64,000 nucleotides of DNA from contig JABUFC010000012.1 of assembly GCA_013314715.1 (NCBI GenBank), positions 169 through 64,168 on the forward strand, read 5' to 3'. Position numbers and translations under genes: made by a program. This DNA is from Bacteroidales bacterium (GTDB taxonomy: Bacteria > Bacteroidota > Bacteroidia > Bacteroidales > GWA2-32-17). The notes below the pieces were generated by a model. The model saw only the letters and a program-made list of their open reading frames with translations, ran no database searches and was not told the DNA's origin. Positions 1 to 8,300 of this stretch are shown here, piece after piece. Numbering within the stretch: position 1 is the stretch's first letter; each line of letters opens with the position of its first letter.

Positions 1-55
1 AATATAAAACAAAGTTCAAGAAATATCAAATAATTATAAAATATTTTTCCTAACA

Positions 56-1150
56 TTAATTAAGCACTCGTTCGAGTTCTATTTCAATATGATCGTTTAC
101 TTTGTATAAATACATCCAAGTATATACCGAGAGTTCGGCAAGTGATTCGGATAATTTAAAATTATTTTGCTCTGCAATAACAAACATACGTCTAGATTTA
201 TAATAACTTGCCAGGTATTCTTGTTCAGTTTGTCCGGGTGTAGGGACTAAAATAGCGGTGCGTTTTAAGCTAATCAAGTCCATAATCGTAGAATATCCGG
301 AGCGTGCTACAATATATTTCGATGATTGTATGGCCTGAAATAATTGTTTGGTGTTCATATACGAATAAACAAGTACATTCTCTTCGTGCCAAGTGCTGAA
401 TGGCTTGCTAAAATCGCCTAAAACAAGTATACAGGGTTTATGTAATTCTTTCAATTGCTGTAGTAGTATATTGGCAAAAATACTTCGCTGTGGTTCTGGA
501 CCGCTCACAATAGCAATAACTTCGTATTGTTTTTCTACTGATAATTCAGCAAAGGCCTTATCATCGAAACGCGATAAAAGACCAATAAAAGCCGATTTCC
601 CATTCAATGAAAATTGCATCGATAAATCGCCGGCAAAATTAGGTATTTCGTTAATGTCAGGAATCCAACAGCGATTAAAATTATAAATCCATCGTTTTAT
701 TTGTTTATGCAATAGATTTTCAGCCCATTTAACTTTAGAGGGTAAATTAATTTTTATTTGATGTGTAATGATGACAGAATATGCTTTGGGGCTATAACAG
801 CCATATCGGTTGTCGCTTATAATAAGTTGAATGTTGTATTTTTTTATCCAATGATTGATTTTGTTTTTATCTTTTTTAATGCCTATTAAGATGGTAGGAA
901 TTAGCTTTAATAAATGAAATATGGATAGTTTATTTTCACTGTATTTAATAGCCGGACAAGCACACGGAATCCATGTATAGTTCGATAGTTCGTTTTTAAA
1001 AAAATGTTGCTGATGTTTTGAGCAAGCAATAAAAACGTTATGACCCTTGTTTTGAATTCTTTTAATAATGGGTATAACGCGAGCGGCATGCCCCAGTCCC
1101 CAATCGAGTGGGCATATTAATACATTTTTTGGTGTTGAAGTTATACCCAT
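56..1150 (-). CDS. Glycosyltransferase, GT-B fold (MurG/GT28- or UDP-glycosyltransferase-like)
   Basis: 364-aa ORF. N-terminal 'ICPLDWGLGHAARVIPIIKRIQNKGHNV' looks like the GLGH-type start of GT-B enzymes. C-terminal 'ARSGYSTIMDL...VPTPGQTEQEYLA' resembles the MurG/GT28 donor-binding segment. Its ATG (1148-1150) overlaps the stop of the upstream radical SAM gene by 10 nt. Confidence 0.6.
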   Translation of the reverse strand: MGITSTPKNVLICPLDWGLGHAARVIPIIKRIQNKGHNVFIACSKHQQHFFKNELSNYTWIPCACPAIKYSENKLSIFHLLKLIPTILIGIKKDKNKINHWIKKYNIQLIISDNRYGCYSPKAYSVIITHQIKINLPSKVKWAENLLHKQIKRWIYNFNRCWIPDINEIPNFAGDLSMQFSLNGKSAFIGLLSRFDDKAFAELSVEKQYEVIAIVSGPEPQRSIFANILLQQLKELHKPCILVLGDFSKPFSTWHEENVLVYSYMNTKQLFQAIQSSKYIVARSGYSTIMDLISLKRTAILVPTPGQTEQEYLASYYKSRRMFVIAEQNNFKLSESLAELSVYTWMYLYKVNDHIEIELERVLN

Positions 1151-1908
1151 ATAGCATTAATTCCTGCTTGTTGAATTTTTTTCGCAATATCTTGCATGGT
1201 ATGGGCATCAATTTTTTGCAAACTGCTAAGCGGTGGAATGCGATCGAGCGAATAAAGCATCACGGCTTTGGGTTGAATTTTTATATATTGATCTATTAAG
1301 GCTTCTATTTCGTTATCGGTGGTATTGTCAATTAAAATTCCATTGTAAGTCCCCTTAACAAACATGGTCTGAAGATAAATTTTACCTTGTAAGGTGTATA
1401 ATTGCTCAAGATATTGACGCAAGTTAAAATTGATAAAAGGCAGGTTAATCGCTTTCATTGTTTGTTCTATGGCAGAATCGAGCTTTAGCACCGGCATATC
1501 AATTTTAAAAACAGCTTCTTTAATCGATGGTTCCGAAATGGTGGAGCCATTAGAAAGCAACACGATTTTCTTATTAGGGAAATATCTGTTTTTAAGTTCG
1601 ATGGTATGATTTACAATATCTAAAAACTCTGGATGAAGTGTTGGCTCCCCATTGCCGGCATAGGTTAATACATCGAGCTGACTATTACTTTCAAAAAGTG
1701 TTTTTAAATTTTGTTCCAACACTTCTAAAAATAAGTCTTTGTTAACAAAGGTACCTTGAGGTGTATCGGGATTCCATCCGCATTCGCAATAAATGCAATT
1801 ATATGAACAGACTTTCGATTGTGTTGGCAATAAATTCATTCCGAGCGAAAAACCAAAGCGACGGCTTTTTATAGGTCCATAAACAATATCATGAAACAAT
1901 ATAGACAT
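1141..1908 (-). CDS. Radical SAM protein (function unknown)
   Basis: 255-aa ORF with N-terminal 'GPIKSRRFGFSLGMNLLP..KVCSYNCIYCECGW', i.e. a CxxxCxxC 4Fe-4S/SAM cluster motif, followed by a 'GNGEPTLHP' glycine-rich SAM-binding segment. Confidence 0.8.
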   Translation of the reverse strand: MSILFHDIVYGPIKSRRFGFSLGMNLLPTQSKVCSYNCIYCECGWNPDTPQGTFVNKDLFLEVLEQNLKTLFESNSQLDVLTYAGNGEPTLHPEFLDIVNHTIELKNRYFPNKKIVLLSNGSTISEPSIKEAVFKIDMPVLKLDSAIEQTMKAINLPFINFNLRQYLEQLYTLQGKIYLQTMFVKGTYNGILIDNTTDNEIEALIDQYIKIQPKAVMLYSLDRIPPLSSLQKIDAHTMQDIAKKIQQAGINAIWV

Positions 1909-2039
1909 AACAGCGATAAGTTCTATTACGAAAGTAATACGAAATAAATAAATAAAAAAATAAAAATAATAATTTTTGTTAAAAGTTTAAATATAAATAT
2001 ATCAATAATTTATATGTTTTTTGTGTGTTTGGTTAATAA

Positions 2040-3314
2040 TTATTTTTTTACCACTTTAAAGATTTTAGGCAAAAAATGTTGAGCATGCACTTTTAAAATA
2101 TAAACACCACTATTGAGGTGCACCATTGGGATAATATAGGTGTCGTGTTCTTCGTGCTTAAAAGTATTATGATAAATTTTCTTGCCATTAAAGTCGAATA
2201 ATTCAATATTTAATGCTGTTATACTTGCTTCATATTCTAAACGTAACCATAGATTGTTTTCGACAGGGTTGGGATATATACTGCCTTGAATTTGTGATAG
2301 GCTATTGTTATCGATGCCAATGACAACTGCATCGGAAGTAATGGTAAAATGAATGGGTTCGAAATCAATAGCAGCATTTTGCTCAATTATTTGCGATATT
2401 AAACCATGTTTTTCGGTTCTTACTTTAAATATTTGCGAAGGAATATCTTTAAAAACAAATATGCCATTATGATTTGTTAGTGCAAAGCGTTGAGGTATAT
2501 TATTGGAATCTAATAATAATACAACTTGATTGGGAGCTAGATTCAAATTTTCTTGCGATGGCAAAGAGTTATCAAACCAATTATTTAAATACACATTATA
2601 CTCAAAATTACTTGAGTCGGCAATATTAACATCGCCTACTATAGAATCGTTTCCTAAAATCAGATCGTAGCTACATTGTAGATTAATATTTTTATTGATA
2701 TGTAAACCATTTACATTAACTGGTGCAGCGTTTTGCCATTTCATCGTATTACCATAGTAGGTTGGAAAATAATTGGGATAAAAAATAACATTAATATTAA
2801 AGTAGGGAATGGCATAAATATAGTATGTTCCAGGTGTTAAATTGCTAAAATGATAATTGCCGTTATCAACATGACAATATGCTACGGCTCGGTATTGATT
2901 ATTTAAATATTTTATTAAAACAACAATGCCATCGGGCAAGAGTGCATCACCAGCATAAACAGATCCCGAAATACCATAATTTTGAAGTGTATCTAACACC
3001 GGATTACGAATAATGATGGTATCGCAATAGGTGGCTGTACAGTTATTATCAAATACAACTGTTAAGCATGGAGTATAAATGCCACTTCCTAAATAAACAT
3101 GTTCGGGATTCGGATCGTCTGAAACATAACCATCGCCAAAGTCCCAAGAATACGATACAATCATATCGCTTCCACTTATTACTTTATGCGAAAAGTAAGA
3201 CAGCTGATTTTCTTGTACACTATACGAAAAAACCACATTGCATCCTACTTTATCATCTTGAGCATAAAGCCGAAAAATTAGCAATGTTAATATTGTAATT
3301 ACAAAATATTTCAT
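2040..3314 (-). CDS. Secreted PKD-domain protein with T9SS type A C-terminal sorting domain
   Basis: Signal peptide 'MKYFVITILTLLIFRLYAQ'. PKD signature 'YSWDFGDGYVSDDPNPEHVYLGSGIYTPCLTV'. Carboxypeptidase-regulatory-like segments ('ISGSVYAGDALLPDGIVVLI'). C-terminus 'IYPNPVENNLWLRLE...LNSGVYILKV' is typical of the type A Por secretion tail. ATGA start/stop overlap with the upstream gene. Confidence 0.75.
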   Translation of the reverse strand: MKYFVITILTLLIFRLYAQDDKVGCNVVFSYSVQENQLSYFSHKVISGSDMIVSYSWDFGDGYVSDDPNPEHVYLGSGIYTPCLTVVFDNNCTATYCDTIIIRNPVLDTLQNYGISGSVYAGDALLPDGIVVLIKYLNNQYRAVAYCHVDNGNYHFSNLTPGTYYIYAIPYFNINVIFYPNYFPTYYGNTMKWQNAAPVNVNGLHINKNINLQCSYDLILGNDSIVGDVNIADSSNFEYNVYLNNWFDNSLPSQENLNLAPNQVVLLLDSNNIPQRFALTNHNGIFVFKDIPSQIFKVRTEKHGLISQIIEQNAAIDFEPIHFTITSDAVVIGIDNNSLSQIQGSIYPNPVENNLWLRLEYEASITALNIELFDFNGKKIYHNTFKHEEHDTYIIPMVHLNSGVYILKVHAQHFLPKIFKVVKK

Positions 3315-4717
3315 CTGAGTTGATATTTTAAACCAATGTTAAAAGTCCATGATTGAAGTTGTAATCGAATGGGAATGTCGTTTTTAAATAAGCGTGTTAC
3401 ATTACGGCGATAAAGTGGCATTAAACTAAGCGATAATTTATCGGAAATAAAATAATTAGCTTCTGCGCCTGCTAGTATGTTTATATAAAAGTTTTGCATC
3501 TGTTCACGTTTAAAAGGGATGACACCATAATCGTTGCTAGTAGAAGGTAAATAACCTTTTGTTAAAAGCACATAGCTTAACGAGGTACCTGCTTTTAATG
3601 TTAAATCAAATTTACCAAAACTATATGAATATCCGGCTGTAAATGGCACTTCGATAACAGATAATTTGAAATTCTGTTGAGACGTTTTGTCTTTTCGAAC
3701 CATTTCAATTTCAGTTGTATTCAATGTGTCAAAAACAGGAACAAGAGTTGAATCAACATAAGTAAACCAAACCGTATCGCCTGTTAATAATAGACTATCT
3801 AAATTTAAAACTTGTATATAACTGTAATTATAGTAGCTATTATCAATAATTTGTTGAAAGTGTAAGGTGTCGTTATAAAAGAAAGCATCATTAAAAGTAT
3901 AATTTTGTTTTAAAGAACTATATATTAAACCTGTTTGAAACTTAAAATTGAACTTTTGCCATTCATAATAAGCGCTGAGGGCAAAATTGCTTAATCCAAC
4001 AGAGGTAATAGGTTGGTAGTTAGATTTGAGTTTTTCGTCGCTAAGAGTTAGAATAGATAAATTAGAAATAAGATTCATAGGAGCAATGTAAAAAGCCAAA
4101 GCAGCATGATGACGCAACTTATATTCGTGTAAATTTTGAGCTATATTGTTTTCATTAAAAGTATATTTGCCTACATTGTTTATGGTATTAGGGTTCAATG
4201 GCTCTAAAAATTCTTCATTATTTGTATAAAATGAAGTGAGCTCTTGATGATAAGGTTTGGCAATAATAACAGGCATTTTATTTATTTTTGATGGGGTATG
4301 GAGTGGAGGGGTGTCTTTTTTCGAGATGTAGGATTCCTGCTGTTTTAGCCATGGCTGTATCGAACGTGCATTATTAAAAGATTTAATGTTGGTATTTGAA
4401 TTAGACGTTATTTTAGGTGTTTTATTTTCACGTATATCAATAACATTAAAAGTAGAGTATGTTAATAAAATGGAAGTAAGTAAATAATATACATTAAAGG
4501 TGGTTAACGAAAAACGGAAAAAGTTTTTAAACCATAAAATAATAGCAATTTTTTTCCAAAAAGAAGCCTCGGGTTTAACAAAATAATGATTAAAAATCAT
4601 TTTAACTTGACGAACAAAAAGCTCCTGGCTCATTTTATCCCATAAGCCTTCACTTGGTTGAGATTCAAATTGCTCAAATTGTTCCTGCCAGTATTTTTCA
4701 AATGGTTCGTCTTTCAT
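3311..4717 (-). CDS. Membrane protein co-transcribed with ECF sigma factor (putative anti-sigma-like N-terminus, hydrophobic segment, low-complexity linker, beta-barrel-like C-terminal half)
   Basis: 468-aa ORF with ATGA overlaps at both ends (4714-4717 and 3311-3314). N-terminal acidic segment 'EKYWQEQFEQFESQPSEGLWDKM'. Hydrophobic stretch 'FNVYYLLTSILLTYSTF'. N/S/K/P-rich linker. C-terminal half with alternating amphipathic strands ('FNFKFQTGLIYS', 'FDLTLKAGTSLSYVL', 'WTFNIGLKYQL'). The coding call is solid. The functional call is inference. Confidence 0.55.
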   Translation of the reverse strand: MKDEPFEKYWQEQFEQFESQPSEGLWDKMSQELFVRQVKMIFNHYFVKPEASFWKKIAIILWFKNFFRFSLTTFNVYYLLTSILLTYSTFNVIDIRENKTPKITSNSNTNIKSFNNARSIQPWLKQQESYISKKDTPPLHTPSKINKMPVIIAKPYHQELTSFYTNNEEFLEPLNPNTINNVGKYTFNENNIAQNLHEYKLRHHAALAFYIAPMNLISNLSILTLSDEKLKSNYQPITSVGLSNFALSAYYEWQKFNFKFQTGLIYSSLKQNYTFNDAFFYNDTLHFQQIIDNSYYNYSYIQVLNLDSLLLTGDTVWFTYVDSTLVPVFDTLNTTEIEMVRKDKTSQQNFKLSVIEVPFTAGYSYSFGKFDLTLKAGTSLSYVLLTKGYLPSTSNDYGVIPFKREQMQNFYINILAGAEANYFISDKLSLSLMPLYRRNVTRLFKNDIPIRLQLQSWTFNIGLKYQLR

Positions 4718-5280
4718 ACTTTAATAGAAGCATTTCTTTGTGAACGAATTTTGATTAATCGGTGTTGCACAATTTTTTTTGCTCTTGAATATTGCGATTT
4801 TGAAGTTGCAACATCAATTCCTAACATTTCTGCAATTTCTTTGTGCGGATAACCTTCTATTGCAAAGAGATTAAAAACCATTCGATAGCCGGGTGATAAT
4901 GATTGTATAACCTTTAGCATTTCTTCCATGGTAAATTCAATATCATCGCTCGTTACTTCTTGTTCGTATTCGTAAACGTCGTCGATATGGGTATGATTGT
5001 AATGTTTTAAATTTTTTCGATAGTTTGAAATAGCAGTATTAACAATGATTCTACGCGTCCAGCCTTCGAAAGCACCAGAATAATTATATTGATCGATGCG
5101 TTCAAATATTTTTAAAAAACCTTCTTGCAAAATATCTTCTGCCTCTGGTTTATCTTTTGCATAACGCATGCAAACACCTAAAAATTTCGATGAAAAACGA
5201 TCGTACAACATCTTTTGAGCCTTTCGGTTTTGTTTCTTACAGCCTTCTATTATTTCTTTTTCATTATACATTAGCTGCAT
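4714..5280 (-). CDS. RNA polymerase ECF-type sigma-70 factor
   Basis: 188 aa. Region 2 'AEDILQEGFLKIFERIDQY...FEGWTRRIIVNTAISNYRK'. Region 4 helix-turn-helix 'YRMVFNLFAIEGYPHKEIAEMLGIDVATSKSQYSRAKKIV'. Confidence 0.9.
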   Translation of the reverse strand: MQLMYNEKEIIEGCKKQNRKAQKMLYDRFSSKFLGVCMRYAKDKPEAEDILQEGFLKIFERIDQYNYSGAFEGWTRRIIVNTAISNYRKNLKHYNHTHIDDVYEYEQEVTSDDIEFTMEEMLKVIQSLSPGYRMVFNLFAIEGYPHKEIAEMLGIDVATSKSQYSRAKKIVQHRLIKIRSQRNASIKV

Positions 5281-5320
5281 TATTAAGACTCAAACTAAAC
5301 ACTTTTAGTTGCATACTCTA

Positions 5321-5328
5321 CAAAAATA
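5321..5328 (-). promoter_or_regulatory. Bacteroidota -7 promoter box (TATTTTTG) for the ECF sigma operon
   Basis: The + strand reads caaaaata, whose reverse complement TATTTTTG fits TAnnTTTG. It lies 41 nt upstream of ATG 5280, within the 75-nt divergent intergenic region. Confidence 0.4.
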
Positions 5329-5385
5329 CTTCATTTTTTTTCAAAAATCAATGATTTGATGTATATTTACAAAAATTATTTTACT

Positions 5386-8300
5386 ATGACCCATCATATA
5401 ACCTCTATAAGTAAATGGGGAATATGGTTAATTTTTATTTGCTTTGCTACTATCATCATTGCTCAAAATGCTTTTGTCGAAAATAAAGGGCAGTGGAATA
5501 AACAAGTTCGTTTTCGTTATACCTTACCCATTGGTAGCCTTTTTGCCGAAAACAATGGAATTACATACAATTTAGTTAACACCAACGATATTAAAATTTC
5601 AAGAGCACATCATGCTTATATAAACCCTAACATTCCAAAACAGATTCGTTTTCATGCTTATAAAATGAGCTTTGTTAATGCAAAACAAGTATATCCTATT
5701 GCCGAAGATCCCTACAACGATTACGAAAATTTTTACATCGGCAACGATCCTACTAAATGGGTTTATAAAGCGAAACGTTACAAAAAAATTAAATGGAATA
5801 ATATTTACACAAACATAGATTATGTTCTTTATATCAACGACGAACAATCATTGCAATACGATTTCGTAGTACACCCTGGTGGGGTCGCAGAAGATATTCG
5901 TATAAAATACGAAGGACAAGATACTCTTTTGATTGATAAAACAGGTAAAGTGGTGGTTATTACTTCTGTTGCACAAATGAACGAGCTTAAACCCTATGCA
6001 TATCAATGGATTAACGGACAAAAGGTCGATGTTAAATGCCATTTTCTGATTCGTAATGGTTATTTAGCTTTTCAGTTTCCTAATGGATACAACGAAAATT
6101 ACACACTGGTCATTGATCCGATATTGGTATTTTCGTCTTATTCGGGTTCTACAACAGACAATTGGGGCTTTACCGCAACATACGATGAATTAGGTAACGG
6201 TTATTCGGCAGGCATCGTCTTCAATACAGGCTATCCTACTACGTTGGGTGCCTATCAGGTGAATTATGCGGGTGGCGAACCATCGAATCCTCAAAACCCT
6301 GGATACTATGGCATTGGTTGCGATATCGGTATTATTAAATATTCACCCAATGGCTTACAGCGTTTATGGGCTACTTATTTAGGGGGTGCAGTTAGCGAAG
6401 AACTTCCGCATAGCATGGTTTGCAATCGCAGTAACGATCTTATTGTTATGGGCACTACCGGTTCATCCGATTTTCCGACTACGGTCAATGCTTATGATCG
6501 TACCTATAATGGTGGCGACACGACTGTTTACGATAATGTTATACGATTTTCTAACGGTACCGATATTTTTATCAGTCGTTTAAGTTCTGATGGCACACAG
6601 TTACTTGCTTCTACGCTTATCGGAGGTTCAAAAAACGACGGACTCAATTATTTTGGCTATTACATGAACGAAAACATCGATACCAGCTTATATTACAATT
6701 ATGCAGATGGCGCACGCGGCGAAGTTATTTGCGATGCAGCCGGAAATATTTATGTTGGGACTTGCACGTTTTCGTCCGATTTCCCAACTACTCCAAATTC
6801 TTTTGGTCCCAATTTTCATGGCAGACAAGAAGGCATTGCATTTAAATTTGACCCGAATTTATCGCAACTTTTATGGAGTGGCTATTTTGGTGGAAGCGAT
6901 AAAGATGCTATTTATTCGCTCGATATTGACCAAAACAACGAAGTATATATTGCCGGTGGTACCACCTCGCTTAATATACCAACCACTTCGGGAGTATGGC
7001 ATCCATTAGCCCCTGGAATTGACAAATGCAATGGCTTTGTTGCTCATATCGATGCCAGTGGTTCTAATATTGTGGCTGCTACGTATATTGGTTCAGATGA
7101 ATACGACCAGGTTTATTTTGTAAGGGTCGATAAATTGAGAAACGTATATGTAACCGGTCAAACGAAAGCTCCCGGAACAACCTTTATTATTAACGCTGCT
7201 TACAATACACCCAATAGCGGACAGTTTATTACTAAATTGCCTAATAGTCTTGCTTCGCCTATATGGAGCACTGCTTTTGGTACAGGCAATGGCAAACCCA
7301 ATATTTCGTTCACCGCCTTTTCGGTCGATTTTTGCAATCGTGTTTATTTAAGTGGCTGGGGGCGTAATTGGAATTTTACTACCAATGAGGGAACATACGG
7401 AATGCAAGTAACAAACAATGCATATCAAAGTCAAACAGATGGAATGGATTTTTATCTAATGGTTTTAGCTGACGACGCCTCACACCTCGAGTATGCTACC
7501 TTTTTCGGTGAAATACATCCCAATGGTAGCAGTGCTTATTGCGGACACGACCATGTAGATGGAGGCACCAGTCGGTTCGATAAACGTGGAAATATATATC
7601 AGTCGGTTTGTGCTAGTTGTGGTTTTGGCTGTAATGGCTTTCCAACATATCCGAACCCCGGCGTTTGGTCGCCTAATAACGGAGGTATGGGAACACCCAG
7701 CGAATGGGTATGCAACAATGCTCTTTTTAAGTTTAGTTTTGCCTTACCATTGACAGTCGCCGATTTTCAGGCTCCAACTGTATGCTTAAACACTCCTACC
7801 CAGTTTACCAATACCAGCCAGTTAGCTACCGAATATTATTGGGACTTTGGCGATGGCACCCATGCCACTGATGCTAATCCTACGCATACTTATTCGCAAG
7901 CAGGGACTTATTACGTTACCCTTATTGCCAATAATCCTACTTCTTGCAATGTGGCTGATACCATGATTCGTCCTGTTGTTGTTGAAGCGTTGCAAATCCA
8001 AACCAATGACACTTCAATTTGTTATGGAAACTCCATTACCCTTAGTGTATCGGCAAGTGGCAATTCTTTTCCAGTAACGTATGTGTGGGATAATCAATAT
8101 CCTATTCATGACACATTAAACAGTTCTGTTACAAATCCTAGTTTAACCATCAATCCTCTACAAAATCAGAGTTATTACATAGTTGTATCAGATGGAATTT
8201 GTACCTTATATGATACCGTTCATGTCGAAGTAAACAGAGTGGTGATTCAAGCCGTGCCCGATACTACTCTTTGTCCAAATTCAACCGCTACTTTGCATGC

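Noticed and set aside
393-686. Antisense or alternative-frame ORFs inside well-supported genes (e.g. 393-686, 5599-5847, 8625-8891, 10753-11076, 28059-28468, 37204-37569, 44431-44859, 49684-50244, 61266-61775)
   Set aside because: Each lies entirely within a longer ORF that carries strong family motifs. Their translations are low-complexity or Cys/Arg-rich noise, typical of shadow ORFs.
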